Shown one piece after another: positions 56,188 through 64,000 of a stretch of DNA of 64,000 nucleotides. The stretch is from an uncultured Planctomycetaceae bacterium (GTDB lineage Bacteria > Planctomycetota > Planctomycetia > Isosphaerales > Isosphaeraceae), in the NCBI GenBank assembly GCA_963833985.1, contig CAWIAD010000002.1:4032001-4096000 (forward strand), written 5' to 3'. The notes under the pieces were generated by a model. The model had not been told where the DNA came from. It ran no database searches and saw only the letters and a program-made list of their open reading frames with translations. The position numbers were made by a program, and so were the translations under genes. Numbering within the stretch: the first letter of the stretch is position 1; each line of letters opens with the position of its first letter.

Positions 56188-56934
56188 TCAGTGGTGATCG
56201 GCCGCCAGCGTGAACACCCGCTGCACGAGACGATCGGCGAGGTCGGGACCGGGACCCAGCGTTTCGGGCGCCTGGCCGGAACGGACCAGGTGGATCGCGT
56301 GCGCGCCTGCAAGCACGGTTTGCAGGTCGTTCGCAACCGTCAGGTTCGCCTGGCTGGCACGGGCGGAGGTTTCAGCCTGGCGGATCAGCTCCGCGGTGGC
56401 CGCTCCCGAGAGCAGCTTGAAGCCCACGAGAAAGAGATCCGGGGCCCACTCGCGTACCAGGCGGATGACCTTGGGCGTGGGCCGGCAGCGGATCACGAGC
56501 TCGCTGGCGCTGGAGCTTAGCTTGCCGGCAACTTGCTCGGGCTCGTAGTCGGAGACGGCCATCGCCAGAAAAGCCACGTCGATGCGCTCGGTCGAGAGCA
56601 GCCGGCGCAGGGTCCCGGCATAGTCGGCAACCGTGCCTGTCTCCAGCGGCACAAGGTGCAGCCGGTCGCGCGTGAGCAGCCACTGCCAACGCAGGGATTT
56701 CAGGCGGTCGAACTCGGTGGCAAGATCCGCGCAGTCGAGATCGATCTGGGCCGACCGGAGCAGGGGGACCTGAGCCGAAGGTGCATGAACGTGCCACACG
56801 CGGGCCCCATGTGCCAGGCAGCTCTCCGAGATCGCGGCTGAGAACCGGCCCGTCGAAATGTTCGTGATGGTACGCACGTCGTCGATGGGCGCCCGGGTTC
56901 CCCCACCAGTCACAAGCACGTTCATGGGCGGCAT
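56188..56934 (-). CDS. coaB: Phosphopantothenate-cysteine ligase (stand-alone CoaB domain)
   Basis: VLVTGGGTRAPIDDVRTITNISTG, AMAVSDY, TPKVI, LVGFKL and VANDL. Confidence 0.85.
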   Translation of the reverse strand: MPPMNVLVTGGGTRAPIDDVRTITNISTGRFSAAISESCLAHGARVWHVHAPSAQVPLLRSAQIDLDCADLATEFDRLKSLRWQWLLTRDRLHLVPLETGTVADYAGTLRRLLSTERIDVAFLAMAVSDYEPEQVAGKLSSSASELVIRCRPTPKVIRLVREWAPDLFLVGFKLLSGAATAELIRQAETSARASQANLTVANDLQTVLAGAHAIHLVRSGQAPETLGPGPDLADRLVQRVFTLAADHH

Positions 56935-57089
56935 GGTCCTTTCAGCGGTGTGTTTCTCTTGCATGAGCGGCTCGGCGTGGGCTAGGGTGAGGGTGGGCCG
57001 TGCGGCGAGGATCGGGCCCGGCCAGGTCCGCACGCACGGTGGGCACGCGTTTCGATTTCGATTGGCCCATGACAGCATCCGCCCGAACC

Positions 57090-58409
57090 ATGAGTGTCCC
57101 TTTCGATCCCCAGGCCCGCGAGCTCTACGACGTGCTGGCGAGCTGGCCGATCTTCGATCCTCACTCGCACATCGATCCGCATCGTCCCGCGGCACGGAAC
57201 CTCGATGAGATTCTGGGTTATCACTACTATACCGAGCTGGCACATGCCGCCGGCATGCCCGCGGAGCAGGTGAGCCCGGACTTGCGGCCCGAGGAGCGCG
57301 TGCAGCATCTTGCCGGGTTCCTCGAGCGAATGGACAACACGGTCCAGTTCTCCTGGTTGCTCGAGATCGCGAAGACGTTTCACGCCTGGGGCCATGACCG
57401 GCTCGATCCCGAGTCGGTCGGCGAGCTTTACGAGCGGGCGCACCGCGACACCGGCGGGGCGGGGCCGGAGTGGGATCGGCAGGTCTGGAAGCAATCGAAG
57501 CTCGAAGCCGTGTTCCTCACGAACGATTTCGACGACCCGCTGGAAGGCTGGGACACCGCCGCCTATGTCCCCTGCCTGCGCACGGACGACCTGGTGCTCA
57601 GGCTCCATGAGCCGAGCACCATCGAGCGTCTCCGGCGTTGCACGGACGTGGATGTTCAGGACCTGGCCGGTCTTCGCGAGGCGATTGGCCGCATCTTCGA
57701 GCGTTTTGTGAGCCGGGGCGCGCGGGCCTGCGCCATCAGCCTGCCGCCCGATTTCGTTCCCAGGCGGGCGACGCCCCGGCGCGCCGTCACTCCGGTTCGC
57801 CGCGCCATCCAGCACATGGACCTGCGCGGCGACGAGCATGAGGAGATCCGCACCACGGTCTTCTGGATGCTGGCGGAGTTCTGTGCCGAGTTCGGTCTGC
57901 CGTTCGACGTCATGATTGGCCCGGTCCGCAACGTGTACCCGGCGGGAGTTGCCGGTGGCCGCGATCTCTTCGATCGCCGCGTGAGCCTTTATGAGTATCG
58001 CGAGCTGTTCAACCACTTCGCGAACGTGCGGTTTCCCGTCTCCACGCTGGCGCCCGACGCCGGCGCCGAGCTGGTGGCGTATTCCTGGATTTTTCCCAAT
58101 GTGCTGCCCATGGGGCACTGGTGGTATTCCAACGTCCCGGCGTTCATCGCGGCCGACCTCAAGGCCAGGATCCAGGCCGTGCCGAAGGTGAAGCTGCTGG
58201 GTTATTACTCCGACGCCTACAAGCTCGAATTCATCTTGCCCAAGTTCAACATGTATCGGCGAATTCTGGCCGAGACGCTGGCCGAGGAGTGCGTGCGTGG
58301 CCGGGGCTGGTCGATCGACCGGTCGTTGCAGCTTGGCAAAGTCATCCTGCTTGACAATCCCCGCAGAATATTTGAGCGAAACCGGGCCGGTCAGACCCCG
58401 GCGATTTGA
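57090..58409 (+). CDS. uxaC: Glucuronate (uronate) isomerase-like amidohydrolase-superfamily protein
   Basis: DPHSH metal motif, GYHYY, FLTNDFDD, GHWWY, YYSDAY and RRILA. Confidence 0.75.
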   Translation: MSVPFDPQARELYDVLASWPIFDPHSHIDPHRPAARNLDEILGYHYYTELAHAAGMPAEQVSPDLRPEERVQHLAGFLERMDNTVQFSWLLEIAKTFHAWGHDRLDPESVGELYERAHRDTGGAGPEWDRQVWKQSKLEAVFLTNDFDDPLEGWDTAAYVPCLRTDDLVLRLHEPSTIERLRRCTDVDVQDLAGLREAIGRIFERFVSRGARACAISLPPDFVPRRATPRRAVTPVRRAIQHMDLRGDEHEEIRTTVFWMLAEFCAEFGLPFDVMIGPVRNVYPAGVAGGRDLFDRRVSLYEYRELFNHFANVRFPVSTLAPDAGAELVAYSWIFPNVLPMGHWWYSNVPAFIAADLKARIQAVPKVKLLGYYSDAYKLEFILPKFNMYRRILAETLAEECVRGRGWSIDRSLQLGKVILLDNPRRIFERNRAGQTPAI

Positions 58410-58545
58410 CCGGAACGGGAACTGCGGGCATGTTTTGGGTACGTGATGCGCTTTCTGCCGCGTTCGCAGTCCGCGAGCGACCGCTTCCGCTTCGACCCTG
58501 GTTGTTCTCGGTCCCGTGACCGAATGCCCTAGAGGATCGACTTCC

Positions 58546-60084
58546 ATGTGGCCTGCAATCGAACTCCCACGGTTTCCCGCGGTCCTGGTGCTGTCGCTGT
58601 CGCTTGCCCTTTGCCTGCCTCTGTCGCTCCAGGCCCAGGAACCTCCGGGGCTCTCCTCGGGAACCGGGCAGGGGACAGGAACGGGACGCTCGGCCGGCGT
58701 CCAGCACAGCGGCTCCGAATCCGCCTCGGGCTCAGGTCCCCAGGGCCGGCCCTCCGAGAATGAGCAAACTCCCGGACTCAACGTGGGACAGGACAGGGGC
58801 GGGCGCATGGGCGGACCGGGACAGGGGCGCCAGTCACCCGGGAGCCGCTCCATCCCCCTTGGGCCCGGGGTCAATGTCCGCTTCCCCGACGATCCTGCGC
58901 TCGGGCCGCTCCTGAGCGACGAAAGGCCCTCGGAGGCCGGTTCGGTCTCGCCGGCACAGGTGGCTCCGGATCTGATCCAGAACGTCCGCAGGATCACGAA
59001 CACGTATGACCGCAGCCGGGCCTTCCAGGAGCTGGCGCGTGAGGCCATCCTGAGTAACCAGTTGCTGGTCGCGCACCGCACCCTGGGCGAAGCCGCGGAA
59101 GCCGCGCTGAGCGAGCAGAACTCGCTCAGGCACGACCAGCTCATCATCGAGGTGATCACGACGACCGGGCTCCTGAGCGAGACCTTGATCCGCGAGGGCA
59201 GAACGCAGCTCACCATGCTGGAGGCGGCCGAAGGAACCAACGAGGCGCTCCCCCGGCGGCTCAATCCCAGGATGTCGATCCGCCTGGCGCGCCTGGAATG
59301 GCAACGGGCCGCCGTGCTGGCCCGCGTCATCATCAACCCCACCTATCGCTCCGAGTATCTGGGCCGCGTGACGGAGGGGCTGGGCCGAGACAGCTCCCGG
59401 ATCATTCTGGAATACGTGCGCCGCACCGATCTGGACAACGCCCCCCAGACAGAGAAGATGAGCGACTCGGATCTGAAGGAAATCGAGCAGTCCGCGGATC
59501 AGTTCCTGGTGGAAGCCGAGCGGGTCGCGGGCGAGATCCAGCGCCCGATCTGGAAGAATTCCGCACTCGAGCGGACGGCGATCAACGCCGGCGAGTCGCA
59601 GCAGTACGCGCGTGCCTTCTCCATCGCCCGCAGCATCGAGAATGCCGAGGCCCGCTCGCAGGCGCTCATCCTCGTCGCCGAGTCTCAGTGCCGGCACCGC
59701 CAGACCGAGGCAGCCACCAAGACCTATTCCGAGGTGGCCGAGGCCGTGGCGCGCATCGACCAGGCGGGCCTCCGCGGTGTGCTGGCTGGCTACCTGGTCG
59801 ACAGCCTGATCTCCACCGGCCGGTTCGAGGACGCGCGTGCCTGCCTGGTGCTTTACCCCACGGAATCCGAGCGCTACGTGGCCCTGGGGGCAATCGCCGA
59901 GAACGAGGGCAGCCGCGGCTCACCCGACAGCGCTCGCGAGTGGATCACGCGCAACGTCCGGCCCGAGTACCGTTCGGCCCTCTTCCGCCGGGTCAACAAC
60001 GGCGTGCTGTCGCGCATCCGCAACTCGCGGCAGAGCCTCTTCTCGGGACGCGAGGGTCCTTCCATGTCATTGCCGGCGCAGTGA
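58546..60084 (+). CDS. Secreted hypothetical protein (Gly/Ser-rich N-terminus, helical repeats)
   Basis: Signal peptide ending AQE and a long ORF with strong GC3 bias. Confidence 0.7.
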   Translation: MWPAIELPRFPAVLVLSLSLALCLPLSLQAQEPPGLSSGTGQGTGTGRSAGVQHSGSESASGSGPQGRPSENEQTPGLNVGQDRGGRMGGPGQGRQSPGSRSIPLGPGVNVRFPDDPALGPLLSDERPSEAGSVSPAQVAPDLIQNVRRITNTYDRSRAFQELAREAILSNQLLVAHRTLGEAAEAALSEQNSLRHDQLIIEVITTTGLLSETLIREGRTQLTMLEAAEGTNEALPRRLNPRMSIRLARLEWQRAAVLARVIINPTYRSEYLGRVTEGLGRDSSRIILEYVRRTDLDNAPQTEKMSDSDLKEIEQSADQFLVEAERVAGEIQRPIWKNSALERTAINAGESQQYARAFSIARSIENAEARSQALILVAESQCRHRQTEAATKTYSEVAEAVARIDQAGLRGVLAGYLVDSLISTGRFEDARACLVLYPTESERYVALGAIAENEGSRGSPDSAREWITRNVRPEYRSALFRRVNNGVLSRIRNSRQSLFSGREGPSMSLPAQ

Positions 60085-60118
60085 CGCGAACCCGCTCTGG
60101 CCGGGCTGTGGCTCAACG

Positions 60119-60898
60119 TCAGGACACCGGGAAAAACGCCCCGTAACGCTGCCTGGCCAGGCGAATCCCCGCATTCACCACGGACGTGTCGGATGCCACC
60201 ACGAAGAGCTGGCACCCCAGCGCGCGCATCCGCTCGGCGTACTCCGGCCCGCGCGAGTAAACACCCCACGGCATCTTCGCCTCGGCGCAGGTGCGGGCAA
60301 TCGTCGCGATGGCGTCCAGGCAGCGCGGGTTCTCGAAATCGCCCGGCACGCCCAGCACCTGGCTCAGGTCGGAGGGGCCGACAAACAGCAGATCGACATC
60401 CGGCACCGCGGCGATCTCGGCGATGCCCGTGAGCGCCTCGGCCGTCTCGATCTGGATGCCGACGAACGTGGAGGCATTGGCGGCGGCCATGTATTCGGGG
60501 ATCGGCGTCAGGTTGAACCGGCCGTCACGATTGCCGCCGTTCAGCCCGCGCTGGCCGCGCGGCCAGAACTTGGCCCAGCGCACCGCCTGCTCGGCCTCGG
60601 CCGCCGAGCGGACCATGCTGATCATCACGCCCCCCGCGCCCGCTTCAAGAGGCCGCATCACCGAGGCATAGTCGGTGGCCGGCAAGCGGACGAAGTGGTC
60701 GATGCCGTACGCCTTCGCCGCCAGCGTGGCCAGCTCGATGTCCCGCAGCGTGATGCCCGCATGCTCGAAGTCGAGCCAGAGGGCATCGAACTGGCCGTGC
60801 TCGCCGATCATCTCGACCAGCTTGGGACTGAGCAACTGCCCCAGCGCGAAGACCCGGACCACCTCGCCCCGGGCCAGCAGCTCCTTGATTCGCGGCAT
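60119..60898 (-). CDS. HpcH/HpaI aldolase family protein
   Basis: FDALWLDFEH, PRGQRG, IQIET and LFVGPSDLS. Confidence 0.9.
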   Translation of the reverse strand: MPRIKELLARGEVVRVFALGQLLSPKLVEMIGEHGQFDALWLDFEHAGITLRDIELATLAAKAYGIDHFVRLPATDYASVMRPLEAGAGGVMISMVRSAAEAEQAVRWAKFWPRGQRGLNGGNRDGRFNLTPIPEYMAAANASTFVGIQIETAEALTGIAEIAAVPDVDLLFVGPSDLSQVLGVPGDFENPRCLDAIATIARTCAEAKMPWGVYSRGPEYAERMRALGCQLFVVASDTSVVNAGIRLARQRYGAFFPVS

Positions 60899-61082
60899 CG
60901 TCCCAACCTCTCTTGACGCCCGTCGATCAGGGCAAAGGACCAAGCTTACCTGCCGGAGAGCCGCGAACCAAGCCCCGTAAGGCACGCTATTGCGTGCCGA
61001 GGTGGAAATGGCAGTCGATCGCAAAAGGCAGGAGCCTTGACGTGACGTGGAATCGAGATGACGTCGAAGCCGTGAGTCACGT

Positions 61083-61475
61083 TCAGGCTCGGGGAAGATG
61101 CGGCACGGAATAGGCAAGCATCGTGGCGTCGACCGTGAGGATCGTCAACTCATGCTGGATTGCCTGGGCAATGAGAATGCGGTCGAATGGGTCACGATGC
61201 AGCAAAGGCAGGCTCGCAAGATGGGTCATCGCTTTCTCATCAATGGGCAGGCTGGCGATTCCATGAGCGTTCCTTTGCTCCGGCAGATACTCAGCCGGCG
61301 AACCAGGAAGTGGAAGGTGACCGAGCCTGTGCTTGATGATCGCTTCCCAGATCGAGGCGACACTCAAATACACCTCGTTCGCCGGCTCCCGAATGGCTGT
61401 GAGAAACGTGGCGGGGAGATTCGGGTCGGCAGTGATGTACCAGAGAAAAATGTGGGTATCGAGAAGCAGCCTCAT
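61083..61475 (-). CDS. vapC: VapC-family PIN toxin
   Basis: MRLLLDTHIFLW, SVASIWE, HRDPFDRILIAQA and ILTVD; start overlaps the antitoxin stop. Confidence 0.92.
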   Translation of the reverse strand: MRLLLDTHIFLWYITADPNLPATFLTAIREPANEVYLSVASIWEAIIKHRLGHLPLPGSPAEYLPEQRNAHGIASLPIDEKAMTHLASLPLLHRDPFDRILIAQAIQHELTILTVDATMLAYSVPHLPRA

Positions 61476-61711
61476 CACCCCTCGAAATCGCGGAGAACCT
61501 GGTCCGGCAAAGGTGTATCGAAATCGGCCGGAACCGTGAAAGCCCCAGCCGCCAGACCGAACGGCCGAAGCTCGCGGGCGGGAGGGGAGAGCGGGCACAA
61601 TTCTGCCACCGGTCGGCCTTCGCGCGCGATCACAAGGTGTTCTCCTGCCTCCACGCGGTCCAGGAGACCGGCCACGTCTTTTTGCAAATCCTGAGGGCTG
61701 ATGTAGTCCAT
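61475..61711 (-). CDS. Phd/YefM-family antitoxin
   Basis: LLDRVEAGEHLVIAREGRPVAEL..VPADFDTPLP, directly upstream of the PIN toxin. Confidence 0.9.
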   Translation of the reverse strand: MDYISPQDLQKDVAGLLDRVEAGEHLVIAREGRPVAELCPLSPPARELRPFGLAAGAFTVPADFDTPLPDQVLRDFEG

Positions 61712-61835
61712 AGAATGAGTTTACCTCACGTGGTCGGTTGTGTAGGAGGCCGATCCGACCCCTGGTCGACATGGCGAGGCCCACCAGACAGCTTTATTGC
61801 GTGCCGGGGCAGAGTTCGGCATGCAGCAGCATGCC

Positions 61836-64000
61836 CTACTTTGTGCTGGATATCGTCAGGAGGTGATCCACTTCCGCCCAGAGCTGCTGCCACGCCTTGC
61901 GTTCGGGCTCGGGAAGCTTCGCCAGCGCGGCGGAGTCGCGAATGCCGGCCAGGTCGGAATCGACTCGCCAGTGCTGGAGCGTCGGCCGTACCAGCGTGCG
62001 CGCCTGGGCATCCCCCACATCCAGCACCTTCGTCCAGGCGGCCAGCTCGGCTTTCAGCCAGTCGAGGGCCTGGGCGCGGAGCCTTGCCCGGGTGGCGTCG
62101 TCGGGCGGCGGCTCGTCCTTGTCCGCTCCGGCACCGGCCAGGGCCGCAGCGCAGGCGGCGTTGTAACGATGACCGTTCTGGCGGTCATCGCCGAGTTTGG
62201 GATCGGCCGCCAGCGCCTCGGCCCAGAACCGGGCAGCGGAAGCGTGGCGCTTCGTGTCGTAGCACATCTGGGCGATGGCCAGGCGGTCGACGTTGTCGCG
62301 GGGTTTTTCTTCGCCCCTGAGCAGCGCCGGCAGCCGATCCGCCAGCGCCGCCAACCGCTCTGCCTGCTGGACCCACTGCGCCGAGGGGTATCGCCAGCCG
62401 GGCTGCCTGGTACCCAGCTCGTGCCCCTTGCGATATTCCGCGAGCGACCCGTCGTAGTCGCCCTGGCTCCGGAGGCAATAACCCAGGTTGCAGTGGGCCT
62501 CGGCATAGCCGGGCTGGAGCCGGATCGCGGTGCGGTATGCGGCGATGGCCTCGTCCAACTTCCCCTGGGCACTCAGAGCGATGCCGAGGTTGTAGTGGGC
62601 CCCGGCGAGGTCGGGCTGGAGCCGGACCGCGGTGCGGTATGCGGCGACGGCCTCGTCCCACTTCCCCTGGCCCCTCAGAGCGAAGCCGAGGTTGTTGTGG
62701 GCGTTGGCGAGGTCGGGCTGGAGCCGGATCGCGGTGCGGCATGCGGCGACGGCCTCGTCCCTCTTACCCTGGTTCGCCAGGGCCAAGCCGAGGTTGTTGT
62801 GGGCCAGGGCATAGTCGGGCTGGAGCCGGATCGCGGTGCGGTATGCGGCGCTGGCCTCGTCCCACTTACCCTGGGCCGCCAGGGCGAAGCCGAGGTTGTT
62901 GTGGGCCGCGGCGAGGTCGGGCTGGAGCCGGATCGCGGTGCGGTATGCGGCGACGGCCTCGTCCCTCTTACCCTGGGCCCCCAGGGTGTTGCCCAGGTTG
63001 CAGTGGGCCTTGGCGAGGTCGGGCTGGAGCCGGATCGCGGTGCGGTATGCGGCGACGGCCTCGTCCCTCTTACCCTGGTGCGCCAGGGCGATGCCGAGGT
63101 TGTAGTGGGCCCCGGCGAGGTCGGGCTGGAGCCGGATGGCGGTGCGGAATGCGGCGACGGCCTCGTCCAACTTACCCTGGTCCGCCAGAGCGGTGCCGAG
63201 GTTGTTGTGGGCCAGGGCATAGTCGGGCTGGAGCCGGATCGCGGTGCGGTATGCGGCGACGGCCTCGTCCCTCTTACCCTGGTTCGCCAGGGCCAAGCCG
63301 AGGTTGTTGTGGGCCAGGGCGAGGTCGGGCTGGAGCCGGATCGCGGTGCGGTATGCGGCGACGGCCTCGTCCAACCTACCCTGGTCCGTCAGAGCGGTGC
63401 CGAGGTTGGCGTGGGCCACGCCGTCGTCAGGCTTCCGCTGTATCGCCGTGCGGGCGGCGTTGACGGCCCGCTCCAGGATCGGCGCCGCGTCGTCGGCCCG
63501 GCCATTCTCCTTCAAGTAGTGCCCCAGGCAGGACAGGTGCCCCGCGTTCTCCGGCCGTCGCTCCGTCAGGTCGCGGAAGACCGCCTCGGCCTCGGCGCCG
63601 CGGCCCATCCGCTCGAGCAGGTGGGCCAGCTCATGGGCCGTCTCGGGGCGCAGCGCGCGGGCCGCCGTGTAGTACCGCACCGCCTCCTCGCGCGGGCGGC
63701 CGCAGACTGTCCAGGGCAACAGCCAGTGAGTAATTGACCCAGACGTCGCCGGGATGGCGGCCGGCCGCGGCACGCAGCAGGGCCACGGCGGATTCGGCCT
63801 GGCCGATGTCCGCCAGGGTATTGCCGAGCAGCACGGCCGTGGGTGCAGGTAGCCCGGCCGACTCGGGAGCGCTAGCCAGGGCCTTGAGCGCCTCGGCCTG
63901 CGGCTTGCGGTCCTCCGCCAGCAGGATCGTGCGCACGCGGTCGCGATACGGCTCCGGGTCCGCCAGCCGCGCTGTCTCCATCGGCTGCCGCCAGGCGGCC
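61836..64000 (-). CDS. C-terminal part of a large TPR protein (probably a Ser/Thr kinase-TPR), 5' end outside the window; frameshift near 63690
   Basis: ORF 63631..63981 (ARLADPEPYRDRVR..HPGDVWVNYSL) joins ORF 61836..63773 (EEAVRYYTAARALRP). It has TPRs and a C-terminal RYNAACAAALA..RAQALDWLKAEL..W tail typical of planctomycete kinases. Confidence 0.85.
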   Translation of the reverse strand, partial: PPGGSRWRQRGWRTRSRIATACARSCWRRTASRRPRRSRPWLALPSRPGYLHPRPCCSAIPWRTSARPNPPWPCCVPRPAAIPATSGSITHWLLPWTVCGRPREEAVRYYTAARALRPETAHELAHLLERMGRGAEAEAVFRDLTERRPENAGHLSCLGHYLKENGRADDAAPILERAVNAARTAIQRKPDDGVAHANLGTALTDQGRLDEAVAAYRTAIRLQPDLALAHNNLGLALANQGKRDEAVAAYRTAIRLQPDYALAHNNLGTALADQGKLDEAVAAFRTAIRLQPDLAGAHYNLGIALAHQGKRDEAVAAYRTAIRLQPDLAKAHCNLGNTLGAQGKRDEAVAAYRTAIRLQPDLAAAHNNLGFALAAQGKWDEASAAYRTAIRLQPDYALAHNNLGLALANQGKRDEAVAACRTAIRLQPDLANAHNNLGFALRGQGKWDEAVAAYRTAVRLQPDLAGAHYNLGIALSAQGKLDEAIAAYRTAIRLQPGYAEAHCNLGYCLRSQGDYDGSLAEYRKGHELGTRQPGWRYPSAQWVQQAERLAALADRLPALLRGEEKPRDNVDRLAIAQMCYDTKRHASAARFWAEALAADPKLGDDRQNGHRYNAACAAALAGAGADKDEPPPDDATRARLRAQALDWLKAELAAWTKVLDVGDAQARTLVRPTLQHWRVDSDLAGIRDSAALAKLPEPERKAWQQLWAEVDHLLTISSTK
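62508..63425 (-). repeat. Nine near-identical 102-bp tandem units encoding TPRs
   Basis: The recurring DNA block GGGCTGGAGCCGGATCGCGGTGCGGTATGCGGCGACGGCCTCGTCC has a 102-bp period. The unit translates as xAxAHxNLGxALxxQGKxDEAVAAYRTAIRLQPD. Confidence 0.95.

Noticed and set aside
60981..60998. Intrinsic terminator GGCACGC-TATT-GCGTGCC after vapC
   Set aside because: A good 7-bp stem but no U-tract on either strand, so it cannot be supported as a terminator.
62508..63425. CRISPR or non-coding repeat array
   Set aside because: The period is 102 bp (34 codons), in frame within a TPR-coding ORF.

Overview
High-GC bacterial chromosome segment, most likely Planctomycetota (Isosphaeraceae-like). 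The basis is a DUF1559 prepilin-type protein, Ser/Thr kinase-TPR proteins, a DUF1080 fusion and many secreted hydrolases. From left to right: (1) a membrane-fusion protein + GT2/PilZ beta-glucan synthase pair; (2) a lower-GC three-gene operon (TIGR04255-like protein, small protein, ADP-ribosyltransferase-like protein) directly behind an unannotated type I R-M hsdS remnant; (3) a TPM/coiled-coil, PspA, AAA+ ATPase, small-protein cluster; (4) a LacI-associated arabinoxylan locus (GH51, Gfo/Idh/MocA, double CE1, GH10, double GH43, GH95); (5) YciI with a truncated ECF sigma, a kinase-TPR, mop and uvrA; (6) a DUF1559 trio; (7) a large single-polypeptide TIR-like/TIR/SLOG/macro-like/CHAT (caspase-like) protein, with a second, membrane-anchored TIR gene nearby, which is the best candidate for an undescribed immune system; (8) housekeeping genes, a 105-bp-period GTAG REP array, a Phd-VapC pair and a TPR array with near-identical DNA units and hypervariable positions. 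About a dozen genes carry single frameshifts, which look like long-read indel errors rather than real pseudogenes. No rRNA, tRNA, CRISPR array or transposase was recognised. All family calls come from motif recognition by eye; no database searches were run.
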